64,000 nucleotides of DNA from Nitrosopumilus sp. (GTDB taxonomy: Archaea; Thermoproteota; Nitrososphaeria; Nitrososphaerales; Nitrosopumilaceae): assembly GCA_965207445.1 (NCBI GenBank), contig CBDBLX010000002.1:800001-864000 (forward strand), read 5' to 3'. The notes beneath the pieces are model-generated. The model was not told the origin of the DNA. It searched no databases and saw nothing but the letters and a program-made list of their open reading frames with translations. Positions 32,643 through 43,462 of the stretch are shown here, piece by piece; position 1 is the stretch's first letter, and each line of letters starts with the position of its first letter. Position numbers and translations under genes: made by a program.

Positions 32643-34089
32643 TTATTCTAATCTTCGCTCCTAATGATCGCATATCCTCGATGAATTTTGGATATGATAC
32701 TGAAACAGAGTCTGGGTCAGATATGGTGCAATTACCAACATACAAGCCTGCTATACACAATGCCATAAACAGTCTATGATCGTTGTCAGAGTTCAATGTA
32801 ATTGATGATCTGTTATTTTCTGGTGTAAATTGACTTGTTCTGTCTGTAATTGTACATGGACCCTCTAGCCTTATTCCATCTTTGTATTCTGTTGTTTTGA
32901 TACCTATTTTTGATAGTTCTCTTGCAAGCATTGCTATTCTGTCAGTCTCTTTTAGACGTGCATGTCCTACATTCTCTATTATAATTGGTTCTTTGCATCT
33001 AAGTGACATTATTGCAAGCGGCGGTAATAGATCAGGGCTATTGCTGAGATCAAACTTGCCACCTTTTAGTGCATCTTTGTTTGTGTGAATGTGTATTGTC
33101 TCACCTGTGTATTTTTTTGCATTTGCATCATTCTCATGACTCTGATTTTTATCATCCTCTGCAGAATCTAATATCTCTATTCTTACACCCATTACCTCTA
33201 GCATATCTATGAATACTTCATCACCCTGTGGTAGTGTGCCCATGTGTGCCCTTATTGTTATGTTTCCATCATTGAGTGCAGATGCTGCCAACAACAACGC
33301 CAAACTTGATGCATCAAATGGCACTGTAAAATCCGTACGCGCTATCCTTTGTGGTGCAATATGATACTTTTTGTATGGAATCTGTGTGTTTACAGTTGCC
33401 CCAAATTTACGCATAGCACCAATGGTTGCATCTAGATATGGTTTTGATACCATGTTGCCTGTTATCGTGACATTTATTCCCGATTTAGTTTTGGGTGCAC
33501 ACAGAAATAGTGATGTAATAAATTGACTTGATATGTCCCCGTGTATATTTATGTCTCCGCCTAATATGGGTGAGCCGCATATCTCTAGTGGAGGACGACC
33601 ATTATCAGATGATCTGCATGTGGCTCCCATGTGTGATAATGCATCGAGCAATGGCTGCATGGGTCTTGTGTTTAAACTCTTGTCACCTACAAGCGTCACA
33701 CATGCATCAAGCAGTGCCGCTATTCCTGCTGCAATTCTGATTGTGGTGCCAGAGTTTTCGGCATTTATGGTAATTGTACTGTTATGTTTTGTATCTGATA
33801 TATGGACATTTTGAGTCAAGTCATTTGATGTTGTATCATTTGTATATTTTTTTATCGGTATGACATTTGTGACATGTGCTGTGTCATTTTGAATCTCAAA
33901 TGTGGCGCCAAGCGCTCTGCATGCATTTATGGTCGCATATGTATCTGCAGAACGTAGCATATTTCTTATCGTGCTACCTTTACTTTGTGCCATAGATGCT
34001 AGAAATATGGCCCTGTGAGTATAGCTCTTACTTGAGGGACACAAAACAGTTCCTACAAGTGCTGACTTTATTATATCACAGTATGTCAT
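32638..34089 (-). CDS. aroA: 3-phosphoshikimate 1-carboxyvinyltransferase
   Basis: SKSYTHR, NSGTTIR, SSQFITS, RLKETDR, DHR, SYPKF. Confidence 0.95.
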   Translation of the reverse strand: MTYCDIIKSALVGTVLCPSSKSYTHRAIFLASMAQSKGSTIRNMLRSADTYATINACRALGATFEIQNDTAHVTNVIPIKKYTNDTTSNDLTQNVHISDTKHNSTITINAENSGTTIRIAAGIAALLDACVTLVGDKSLNTRPMQPLLDALSHMGATCRSSDNGRPPLEICGSPILGGDINIHGDISSQFITSLFLCAPKTKSGINVTITGNMVSKPYLDATIGAMRKFGATVNTQIPYKKYHIAPQRIARTDFTVPFDASSLALLLAASALNDGNITIRAHMGTLPQGDEVFIDMLEVMGVRIEILDSAEDDKNQSHENDANAKKYTGETIHIHTNKDALKGGKFDLSNSPDLLPPLAIMSLRCKEPIIIENVGHARLKETDRIAMLARELSKIGIKTTEYKDGIRLEGPCTITDRTSQFTPENNRSSITLNSDNDHRLFMALCIAGLYVGNCTISDPDSVSVSYPKFIEDMRSLGAKIRIR

Positions 34090-35038
34090 TTACCTCTGCC
34101 TTTTTGTTATTTAGTTTAGATACAATTGTACTGCCTTCCATCATCGATGTAAATGCTTTTCTTATACTCTGAACGTTTTGTTCTTTTGCAACAGCTGCTA
34201 TTGCAGGACCATTACCAGATATTGATGCTGCTATTGCACCTTTTTCGATCAAATGCGGTATCATATCTGCATCAGAGCCCCACACTGATGCTATTGCAAG
34301 TCCGTTTATCATCATGGCATCCCAATAATTGGCTTTTTTTGCTAGCATCCACGCATTTGCAAACGTTGATTCTAGTAACTTTAATCTTTTGAGATTTCCT
34401 CGTTTACGATTCCTTGGAATAAAAATTATTGCTGATATATTGCGTGGTGCACGTTGATGCTGTACAATGTGGCGCATTGCATTATCTGTGACGTTGAATC
34501 CTCCATAATAACATGAACACGCATCATCATACGCTCCTGTGACACTTACTTTTGTTGCAATTGATGCATTTACCCCTGCAAGTAATATCTGCTTGTCTGT
34601 TAAATGCAAATTAAATGCACGTGATGCTGCTAGTGCCACTGCTGATGATAATGAGCTTGAACTCTTCAAACCAAAGCCTGCTGGTATCTCAGATGCCACT
34701 ACAACCTCGACTCTATTAGACTCTAGAATCTTTTTTGGAACTGTGTGTTGTATTGTACTCTGTATCAATTTTGAGCTAAGTGAGCGCGGTTGATTTTCTT
34801 TTGAGCGTATTACAGTTATGTCGCTACTACCACTACTACCACCACCACTCTTAGAATGTGTATTAATCTGTACATTCACCTCTAGATCAATTCCAACTGT
34901 CGCCCCTTTTTTCGCTGCAAGTGCATTTACTAGTGATATTGCACCTCGCACTGTTGCCTTTGCGCTTGAAAAAACGTGTTGTTTACTAGTTACATGTTTG
35001 CCCGCTTTATTCATCATTTCACTTTTTTTATCTTGCAT
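34076..35038 (-). CDS. aroK: Archaeal shikimate kinase (GHMP family)
   Basis: IPAGFGLKSSSS, SVTGAYDDA, SGNGP. Confidence 0.9.
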   Translation of the reverse strand: MQDKKSEMMNKAGKHVTSKQHVFSSAKATVRGAISLVNALAAKKGATVGIDLEVNVQINTHSKSGGGSSGSSDITVIRSKENQPRSLSSKLIQSTIQHTVPKKILESNRVEVVVASEIPAGFGLKSSSSLSSAVALAASRAFNLHLTDKQILLAGVNASIATKVSVTGAYDDACSCYYGGFNVTDNAMRHIVQHQRAPRNISAIIFIPRNRKRGNLKRLKLLESTFANAWMLAKKANYWDAMMINGLAIASVWGSDADMIPHLIEKGAIAASISGNGPAIAAVAKEQNVQSIRKAFTSMMEGSTIVSKLNNKKAEVNDIL

Positions 35039-35041
35039 ATA

Positions 35042-35884
35042 TCAAACACCTCCTAACAATGCACGTCTCATCACATCACGTGGAGCTTTTATCCCGTGCC
35101 ATATTTCAAATGATCTTACTGCTTGTCCTAGTAGCATTTCATATCCCATCACACATGTTGCGTTTCTTTGTTTTCCCTTTTTTATGAGATCCGTTTTCAT
35201 AGGCAAGTATACGATATCATATATGATATCTTTTTCGTTTATTGACTCTGCATTTATAGGAATTATTTTTTGTGTATTTGATGGCAGTCCTATTGAGGTT
35301 GCATTAATTATGACATTACACCTTTTTGCATGTACATCTGCATCATACAAATTGACCGCATCAGCATGCAAAATACCTAATGATCTCGCATTATTTGCAA
35401 GTACGGTTGCCTGATGTATTGTTCTGTTTGCAATTGTAATGTGTGATATACTTTCTCTTGCAAGCGCCGCTACTATTGCCTTTGCAGCTCCGCCGGCACC
35501 CAGCAACAAGACCTTTGAGTCTTGTAGGTTAATTGAGCGTTCATGCAGTGGATCTGCAAACCCATCTACATCTGTGTTGTATCCTTTTAGTGTGCCATCC
35601 TCAAAACAACACTGTACTGTATTAGCGGCGCCTACTGCACTACATGTCTCGTCTGTCTTTTGTATGTGTTGCATGATGTTTACCTTGTGTGGAATAGTGA
35701 CATTAAATCCTGCTATATTGATCTTTTGTAATGACTTTATTCCTTCTTCTAGTTCGTCTCTTGGTATGCGATATGCAATATATGAGCAGTCCATCATATT
35801 CATATGTCTGAATGCGGCGCTGTGTATGTTCGGTGATAGTGAATGATCAATGGGATCTCCTATCACTGCAAACGTCTTGGCCAT
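35042..35884 (-). CDS. aroE: Shikimate dehydrogenase
   Basis: HSLSP, NVTIPHK, GAANT, NTD, GAGGAA. Confidence 0.95.
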   Translation of the reverse strand: MAKTFAVIGDPIDHSLSPNIHSAAFRHMNMMDCSYIAYRIPRDELEEGIKSLQKINIAGFNVTIPHKVNIMQHIQKTDETCSAVGAANTVQCCFEDGTLKGYNTDVDGFADPLHERSINLQDSKVLLLGAGGAAKAIVAALARESISHITIANRTIHQATVLANNARSLGILHADAVNLYDADVHAKRCNVIINATSIGLPSNTQKIIPINAESINEKDIIYDIVYLPMKTDLIKKGKQRNATCVMGYEMLLGQAVRSFEIWHGIKAPRDVMRRALLGGV

Positions 35885-35961
35885 TTTACATTCTCTCTTT
35901 TATGTTGGTTTATTTGGACTCGATTTAAACGCAAAGGTTCAAAGTGTGACACATTGTATAA

Positions 35962-36684
35962 TCAGTAAAATGTGCTTTTAATACTCTTGAGATCTGCAAG
36001 TGATAACTGTCCTGGTGCCATAGCCTCGCCAAGTGAGACATATGTATATGGACTACCTAACTGTATACATAATATTCGTGTCAGTTGTCCTGCACTACCC
36101 ATTGCAAATGAGATCAGTGATGTTTTTTTATGTTTTATGTTCTTTTTATTTGCTAGCCACTTGTACATCTCTAACATCTTTATTGATTCTGTTGTGTTTT
36201 GTGCCATGCATGCGATCTTCATGTGTGGGGTATATTTTAACATCTGTTGCAGTTTTTTGTGCATTACACTTGTACTTGGCATGTGATCAAAAGTGTGCCA
36301 TGATGCTAGTATACTGACCTTGCTTGCAATCAGATCCTCTGCTAACTTTTTGTCATTTTGCATATGATCTAATTCTACATCAAGTCTATATGGCTTGTAT
36401 GCTGCGACTATTCGCAACAAGTCGTATCTCTGTTTGTCAGTGTGTGTGAACTTGCCGCCGTCTTGCTTTGTGCGTATTGTACATACTATGCGCTTTCTCA
36501 ACTCTTGTTTTGGTAGCGCATCAAGTAATTTTGTGATGTTTTTGTTTGGATTATGTGCACATATAAAGTCTAATCTAGCTTCTACATACTCTGATACCTT
36601 TAATGCTTTTAAGAGTGTCTTGCGCATTAAATCTGGTGTATTCTCGCCTACCGTAACACATGTTTTATATGAATTTATGGTCAT
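35962..36684 (-). CDS. aroD: Type I 3-dehydroquinate dehydratase
   Basis: EARLD, TIR...DGG, SWH, AMG..G..TR, APGQ. Confidence 0.9.
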   Translation of the reverse strand: MTINSYKTCVTVGENTPDLMRKTLLKALKVSEYVEARLDFICAHNPNKNITKLLDALPKQELRKRIVCTIRTKQDGGKFTHTDKQRYDLLRIVAAYKPYRLDVELDHMQNDKKLAEDLIASKVSILASWHTFDHMPSTSVMHKKLQQMLKYTPHMKIACMAQNTTESIKMLEMYKWLANKKNIKHKKTSLISFAMGSAGQLTRILCIQLGSPYTYVSLGEAMAPGQLSLADLKSIKSTFY

Positions 36685-37844
36685 TTCTCTAAAATGTACT
36701 CGTCTTTGACCTCCATGCCAAAGTGTCTGCCTGCTGCTTTACTAACATGCGCCATGACCTTGTCTCCTTTTTTGAGATGTGTCACTGATACTAACTCTTT
36801 ATTTTTACCAGATTTGACAAACCTGATAGTCTCTGCATCTTGTGCTATTATGCTTCCAATTTCGTCATTTGCCTCTGCTTTGATCAAAAGCATAGGTCTG
36901 CGTTCTATCTTTGATCTTCCAACTGCTGCCCTCTTTGCATGTCCGTCTGATGTTAATATCATGACCTCTGAGCCTGTCTCTATCTCTGAGAGATACTTTG
37001 TAGTTCCATCTGGCGCAGGGGTATAACAGTGAACTGCCCCTGCATTTACACGAAAAGGCCTAGGTGATGTAAATGAAGAACCCACTGATTCATTATGTAC
37101 CAAGAACATGAAATTTGATCGACTACCAATCAACATTCCCTCACCCCTGTTTAGCATCGATGCTGTATCAACACAGACACGCTCACCGTCTCCTATCTCT
37201 TTTATCTCTATTATCTTGGCAGGTGTCATATCAAAGTATTTGCTACCCATATACAGAAGCGTTTGGCGTACCTGTTCTATGGATGATGTTGCAAATATTA
37301 CACCATCCACACCGACATCTAATATGGAGAACATCTTGCGTACTTCTGTAGGCGTGCGCGCAACGGCAATTATCTTTGTGTTTATTTTGTGAAGTTTTGC
37401 TATTATGTTCTCTAGTGGAATTATCTTCCAATCTTCTACGTCAATTATGACAAAGTCAAGTTTCATTTTGGTAGATGTGTATAGTATCTGCTCAATGTCT
37501 TGGTTGGATGTTATCTTAAAGCGCATGCCTTTTTTCTTTTTGGATTTGCTTGTTGTGTTTTGTTTGTGTGTACTTGTTTTTGTGTTTTGTTTACCTGTGT
37601 TTGATTTTTTATCTAGTATTGTGTAATCTGCATCTTGTGTTGTAAACATTGTTTTTATCTCTTTTGAATATGGTGATATTTTTTTTGGATCTGCGTATAC
37701 GGTTTTAATCCCTTCTAGCACAAGATGTGACAAAAATGACTCTAGTTGTTTTTGTCGTTTTATGTTTGGCTGAATTATCAACTCTTGAGTGTTGACATGA
37801 TCAGTTGGTTGCTTTGTTGCTACTATTGTATTATTAACTGTCAA
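36681..37844 (-). CDS. aroB': 3-dehydroquinate synthase II
   Basis: [45 protein letters not shown]. Confidence 0.93.
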   Translation of the reverse strand: MTVNNTIVATKQPTDHVNTQELIIQPNIKRQKQLESFLSHLVLEGIKTVYADPKKISPYSKEIKTMFTTQDADYTILDKKSNTGKQNTKTSTHKQNTTSKSKKKKGMRFKITSNQDIEQILYTSTKMKLDFVIIDVEDWKIIPLENIIAKLHKINTKIIAVARTPTEVRKMFSILDVGVDGVIFATSSIEQVRQTLLYMGSKYFDMTPAKIIEIKEIGDGERVCVDTASMLNRGEGMLIGSRSNFMFLVHNESVGSSFTSPRPFRVNAGAVHCYTPAPDGTTKYLSEIETGSEVMILTSDGHAKRAAVGRSKIERRPMLLIKAEANDEIGSIIAQDAETIRFVKSGKNKELVSVTHLKKGDKVMAHVSKAAGRHFGMEVKDEYILEK

Positions 37845-38622
37845 CTTTTTTAATTGCCTCCGTTGCTTTTGTACCTTTGAATATTATTGATGCCAATGCA
37901 TCTACCATCTTTTCAGGTGTACGATGTGCAAAAATATTTCTACCATATGTGACACCAACTGCCCCTGCCTCCATGGCGTCTTGCGTCATTTGCAGTAACT
38001 CCAAGTCAGTCTCTGTTTTTGGGCCGCCTGCTATTACGATTGGCACGGGCGTACTATTCACTATATCTGCAAAAGAATCAATGTCCCCTGTATATACAGT
38101 CTTTACAATATCTGCTCCACATTCTGCACCTATACGTGCAGCATGTGCTACTATGTTTGGTTCATGTGGATTTTTTACATTCTCGCCTCTAGGATACATC
38201 ATAGCTAGCAGTGGCATGTTCCATTTGTGACATGCTGTAGATATTACACCTAATTGTTCTAACATCTCTGGTTCTTCTTTTCCTCCAACATTGATGTGAA
38301 GTGAGACTCCGTCTGCACCTAGAGTAATTGCTTCTTTTACAGTACCTGTAAGCATTTTACGATTTGGTGTTGTTGATAGTATGGTACTACTAGAAAAGTG
38401 AACTAATATTCCGATTCTGGGTGTTGGTTGTGGTAGCGATTTTATGATTCCTTTGTTTATAATTACACTTGTAATGCCTCTATTTTGACATTTGTAAATT
38501 ACTGATGCGGGATCTTCTAATCCTTGTATTGGACCATTTGATATACCGTGGTCCATTGGTATACACAACATCTTGTCGCGGCGCATTATTCGTGCCATTC
38601 GTAGTTGTACACCTGTTGCCAT
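37834..38622 (-). CDS. aroA': 2-amino-3,7-dideoxy-D-threo-hept-6-ulosonate synthase
   Basis: PMDHG, MMYPRG, GADIVKT, AGGPK, GRNIF; immediately upstream of aroB'. Confidence 0.9.
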   Translation of the reverse strand: MATGVQLRMARIMRRDKMLCIPMDHGISNGPIQGLEDPASVIYKCQNRGITSVIINKGIIKSLPQPTPRIGILVHFSSSTILSTTPNRKMLTGTVKEAITLGADGVSLHINVGGKEEPEMLEQLGVISTACHKWNMPLLAMMYPRGENVKNPHEPNIVAHAARIGAECGADIVKTVYTGDIDSFADIVNSTPVPIVIAGGPKTETDLELLQMTQDAMEAGAVGVTYGRNIFAHRTPEKMVDALASIIFKGTKATEAIKKVDS

Positions 38623-38937
38623 GTTTTTACTCTAAGATTCCCACTTAAAAATAGTTGGTGTTTTGGTTTTTACAAACTTGGCAAGCATTCACCAGCATTT
38701 TAACTAGATACGGGAAGATGTTGATGGTGGGTTGATGTGAGGTTGCATGCGCCTAGTTGGACAACACGCAAATCTGGCTATATTTGGGATGATTGGTGGC
38801 GGGTTGATGTGGGGTTGCATGCGCCTAGAACATGTGGTGGGGCGGGGTTGTGTGCGTGTGCGTGTGCGTGTGCATCATTGTCGTTGCAAGATGTGTACGA
38901 TTTGACTGGCAAATGTTTTTGATTTGATTTGTGGTGG

Positions 38938-38988
38938 TGTTGATATGATGTTGATATGATGTTGATATGATGTTGATATGATGTTGAT
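38938..38988. repeat. 11-bp tandem repeat (TGTTGATATGA), ~4.5 units
   Basis: Visible in the sequence. Confidence 0.85.
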
Positions 38989-39117
38989 GGAGGAGAAGTA
39001 GAGGTAGAGGGAGGGAGGGGGGAGGAAGGAAGGGAGTAGAAGAACGCTTGCTTTTGCAGTGCGAACTATTTGTACAACCATACCAAGAATTAAATAGAAA
39101 ATCTGACCATTCAAATC

Positions 39118-40257
39118 ATGAAATCTACTATGAAACTTGAATTTCATAATAGTGAAATTGATGATGTGCTTGAGCGCGCCATTGCAGGCCAGACTCTTGA
39201 TAAACATGATTGTATGGCATTATTACGATCTGATGATGTTCAATTAATGGGTGTAGCAGCCCGATATTTAACCCGAAAACGCTTTGGCTTGCAGGCAACA
39301 TATGTCAACAATATAATACTAAATTATACTAATGTTTGTATCACTGATTGTATTTTTTGTGCTTTTTATCGATCCCCAAATGATAAAGACGCATACACAC
39401 TTGGATTAGATCAGATCAAAACCCGAGTAAAAACTGCGCATGAGATGTTTGGGATACGTCAAGTACTGTTTCAAGGCGGACACAATCCTAAACTTGGAAT
39501 AGAGTATTATGAGGATGCATTCTCTATGATTAGAAAAAATTATCCTGATATTGGTGTGCATGCTCTCTCTGCATCTGAGATTGACATGATTGCAAGAGTA
39601 GAAAAATCTTCTACTAGGGAAGTCCTCTCGCGTCTAAAAGATGCTGGATTACAGTCTGTTCCTGGCGCTGGTGCTGAGATACTGGTAGATTCAGTCAAGA
39701 ATGTAATCAGTCCAAAAAAAATATCTTCATCTGATTGGCTCCATATCATGAAACAAGCACATCAACTTGGACTTTACTCGTCTGCAACTATGATGTATGG
39801 ACATGCAGAGACCAACTCTGATATTGCTGATCATTTACTTGCCATAGCTTCGTTACAACAAGAGACAGGTGGTTTTATGGCGTTTATACCTTGGAACTTT
39901 GAGCCTAACAATACACCAATGCAACGAGATGGACTTGTAGATGATGTTGTGACTACAGAGTTTGGATCCGGCGGTGTTCAACTCTTAAAGATGATTGCTA
40001 TATCTAGACTCGTATACGATGCAATGATTCCTCATATACAATCATCTTGGCTTACAAATGGTGTAGGTATGGCTCAACTTGCATTACAGTATGGTGCTGA
40101 TGATTTTGGTGGAACATTAATTGGTGAAGAGGTGGTGTCTTGTACCGGAGCCCGTTCTACTGAACTGACAGAAACCGTCATTACTGATGCAATACATCAG
40201 ATAGGATATACTGCAAAGGAACGAGATAACCTCTACAATACTGTTGATACGCTTTGA
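39118..40257 (+). CDS. mqnC: CofH/MqnC-family radical SAM protein, likely cyclic dehypoxanthinyl futalosine synthase
   Basis: NYTNVCITDCIFCAFYR, QGGHNP, PGAGAEIL, ATMMYGH, GADDFGG. Confidence 0.8.
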   Translation: MKSTMKLEFHNSEIDDVLERAIAGQTLDKHDCMALLRSDDVQLMGVAARYLTRKRFGLQATYVNNIILNYTNVCITDCIFCAFYRSPNDKDAYTLGLDQIKTRVKTAHEMFGIRQVLFQGGHNPKLGIEYYEDAFSMIRKNYPDIGVHALSASEIDMIARVEKSSTREVLSRLKDAGLQSVPGAGAEILVDSVKNVISPKKISSSDWLHIMKQAHQLGLYSSATMMYGHAETNSDIADHLLAIASLQQETGGFMAFIPWNFEPNNTPMQRDGLVDDVVTTEFGSGGVQLLKMIAISRLVYDAMIPHIQSSWLTNGVGMAQLALQYGADDFGGTLIGEEVVSCTGARSTELTETVITDAIHQIGYTAKERDNLYNTVDTL

Positions 40258-40969
40258 TACATAATGGTGTATTTCAGTGAGAGGGGTAATCGAAAGTGAA
40301 TGACTACAATACTGTTGATACGCTTTGATGCATAATGGTGTATTTCAGAGTGTTTTTGAATACAGTTTATTGTATAGTTAGTTGATGGTGAGTGTCATGT
40401 ATGATAAAATACAGATAATTTATCCGTATTTTATTGTGTTTGATAAATTTCATAACTCTTGTTGCAAAAGATATCTCAGGGCAACTAGTTATTTTTTAGA
40501 GAAAATCGTACAAGTTACCATGTACTTTTAAATTGCTCTATTTTTTATGAAATAGTGTATAGAATAGCATACAAACAATCAAAATCTTAAAATACCATAT
40601 AAAGTTTTTAATTTGAATATGTTTTCATGCAATAAAAATGATTGTTTTTAAATGTACTTAATATAATCTTATATAACATACTTGTACATTATCCACTGTT
40701 ATTATGATTGACACATAAAATATCGTGTGAACCAAGATCCATGACTGATATAATCATTCAAAATAACTACTAGCCAAATGCATCGCATGCACAATACTTG
40801 ACATGCAGACAGGGACGTGACAAAATACAAGTATGTGATTTCATTATTGTGTCCAAAGAGATTGGTTCACGCGGTTAACTTTTGTGCATAATTCCCGCCT
40901 CCATCACACGGGTTGGACGCAGATCCGTCGCAAGCCTTCTTTATATTGGCGCCCGTGGCAAACTTTGGC

Positions 40970-42040
40970 ATGGTGAAGAGCTACATAGGGATAGACGCTA
41001 CAAACTATTTCAAGCGGATCAGGCAGGCGTTTCGAGCCCCCATCGGAGTGGGGCTTGAGGTTGAAGACTATGATGTGTTTGCGCACAAGTACGAGTCCGT
41101 CATTGATGCTTTAAAGGGCGAATACGGCGTCTCCACAGACAGGAAGTGCCTCAAGAGCCATTACATCTATGAGAAAAACCCGTCTTCTGCAAGGCAGTTT
41201 GTTGCGGATTTTACAGAACGAGTGCTACCATACGTAAAAACAGTATTCGTGTCACACACCATCTTAAATTCGCAAAAGATGCCTAAGATTTATTGCTATA
41301 GCGGAAATGGGGAAATGACCTCCAACGACTTTATCTCATACTTGCAAAGCTATTATCCGCACGTTCTGACGTGGAAGATACTTGAAACATTTCCGGACAG
41401 GAGGGACTCTGTGTTCATGCTGGACCATTTTACGGGCAATGTTACAAAAGCGTGGAGGCAGATTGAGGGTGAGAACATTGCAATCTATCCTTCCGGGGAG
41501 TACTGCAACCCGCTGATCTCATCGGCCGACCTTGTGTCAAAATACGTCAACGACTTCATTCACTTTAACCGGCTGAAGCTGGAATTCATCTCAATCTCAA
41601 AAGCGTTTGAACCGTTTGGTGTAGAGGAGATCGAAATTGGCCATGATATTTCCTCCCCGGAACCGAGTACCACGGTGAGGCTTTTGCAGTACTTTATACA
41701 TGACCTGTCCATGATCACCCCGCATGAGAACAGAGCCATCGACGTTGACAGGAAGCTCAAGCACCCTGTCTATTTTTTGCTGACCGGTAAAAAATTCCGC
41801 AGTGAGGGAAAGGCGTTGCAAGAAACCATGTACTTTGACATTATCACCAACCGCGTTTACGGCGATCACGGCTCGATGCGAGCCATGAACATAGATGAAA
41901 TGAGAAACGAGCTCAGAGTCATGCAGGACGGCGACAAAGTCATTGCGTTTGGCAGCGAGGCGTTAGAACTGGCAAGGTATATCGTCAATGATTTTAGCGG
42001 CTTAAACATCGAGATAATCTCCAGCAGGGATCTGAAGTGA
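40970..42040 (+). CDS. Orphan 356-aa cargo protein, possible RNase H-like (DUF3800-reminiscent) fold
   Basis: Intact GC-richer ORF; TTTATA ~25 bp before ATG 40970; YIGID near the N-terminus, LDHF and SSADLVS; function is inference. Confidence 0.7.
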   Translation: MVKSYIGIDATNYFKRIRQAFRAPIGVGLEVEDYDVFAHKYESVIDALKGEYGVSTDRKCLKSHYIYEKNPSSARQFVADFTERVLPYVKTVFVSHTILNSQKMPKIYCYSGNGEMTSNDFISYLQSYYPHVLTWKILETFPDRRDSVFMLDHFTGNVTKAWRQIEGENIAIYPSGEYCNPLISSADLVSKYVNDFIHFNRLKLEFISISKAFEPFGVEEIEIGHDISSPEPSTTVRLLQYFIHDLSMITPHENRAIDVDRKLKHPVYFLLTGKKFRSEGKALQETMYFDIITNRVYGDHGSMRAMNIDEMRNELRVMQDGDKVIAFGSEALELARYIVNDFSGLNIEIISSRDLK

Positions 42041-42305
42041 GCCGCATTATTACGTCGCTACACCGGAGTCAAAAATACGGCATACTATATTCGTAGCATA
42101 TGAACATAACTCCTAGTCAAAGCAATGCCCTAGCTATATTACCATGCCGGATTATTTAAATGTGCGTGGCCGGGGGTTCTCCTCCTATGATAACATCCCA
42201 AGTCCGTCAGATGACGATCCGAGAGTTTCTTCAATTTCACGCCTAGGTTGTGTAGTGGGCCGTTTATAGCATACACTAAGCTTGAATTTCCAATACGTTT
42301 GGTTT

Positions 42306-43307
42306 GTAACGTGTCACCTCACCTCTCACTATACCACGTGGGCTAAGCATGGACACACACTACGATCATTACAAATCACTGAAATTGTGAGATAATGCAA
42401 AAAAAGTATACTAGTCATTAAATATATATACTGACATTTACTCATCTAGAGAAAAAAATGAGTAAATGTACGCAACAACAAAAGATAGTTGCAGATGAAT
42501 ATTTAACAAAATCGATATATATTCGATCAGATATGACGAGACAATGTCCAAAGTTTTGAATGAAAATGCTAGTTTATGAAAGCCATGAAAGAGGAACGAA
42601 AAGAGAAAAACATGTGGAAAGAAAAGTGTATGAATCTGTTTGATAGATTAGGTGGAAGAGAACTTGACATCATACTAGCATATTAGAAATTAGTATTTAT
42701 GGCGCAGACTGATAGGTGTACGTTCCGTGAGCAGATACTTGAAGATTTGGCAAAATCTGCCACACTGTATGGAGACATGATGAGAAATGAATGCAAAATT
42801 ATTACAGAGAAATATCAAAAAGTATTAACATAACTAGAAGAATGTAATATGCGCATTGTAGATTTAGAGTGCAGAGATGCTGCAAATGACGATCGGTGCC
42901 ACACCTACATCTCACAAAACAGTGACACAAAAGCAGATACAAAAAGAGAAACAAGACCGTGCAGAACAAGCAGCGCAAGACACGCCACTTGTCAAACTAG
43001 GATTCACCTTTAAAACATGATTTATCTTTCAGACCATTTAATCCAGACAAAACATTTGACATTGAACTAGACATATGCCCTGAATGTGATTGTGAAATCG
43101 GACAAGCTTATGAGGAATACATGACATTACATGAACTTGACGACCATAATGAACTAGAGGAGATATGGTGTCACACACGTGTATATTGGTGTGAGAATTG
43201 CGATAGCATAAACTGTATGCACGATTCTATAATGCCAAATACTTTATTTGGAAAACACTTTCTTGTTAAACTCCCGCACTCATAATTTAATGTCCACACG
43301 ACGAAAC
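42306..43307 (+). pseudogene. Degenerate IS66-type transposase remnant
   Basis: GTAAC start; broken frames containing DKTFDIELDICPECDC...YWCENC; boundaries approximate. Confidence 0.55.
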
Positions 43308-43462
43308 GTGTGAATTAAGATTTATGACTGATATGATCATTCAAAATAACTTTTAGCCAAATGTATTGCATGTATGATACTTGACATACAGACAGGGATG
43401 TGACCAAATACATGTATATAATTTAATTATTGTAGCCAAAGAGCTTGACTCACACAAAATAT

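Larger units (their letters stand above)
40725..43455. mobile_element. Composite element bounded by two directly repeated MITE-C copies
   Basis: MITE-C at 40725..40872 and 43308..43455; AAAATATC at 40717..40724 and 43456..43463. Confidence 0.8.

Noticed and set aside
34818..35414. Long antisense ORFs over core genes (this and many similar ORF-track entries)
   Set aside because: Shadow frames of well-supported genes with no motifs of their own
42233..42248. 16-bp match (AATTTCACGCCTAGGT) to the IS1595 subterminal region
   Set aside because: Too short and isolated to interpret
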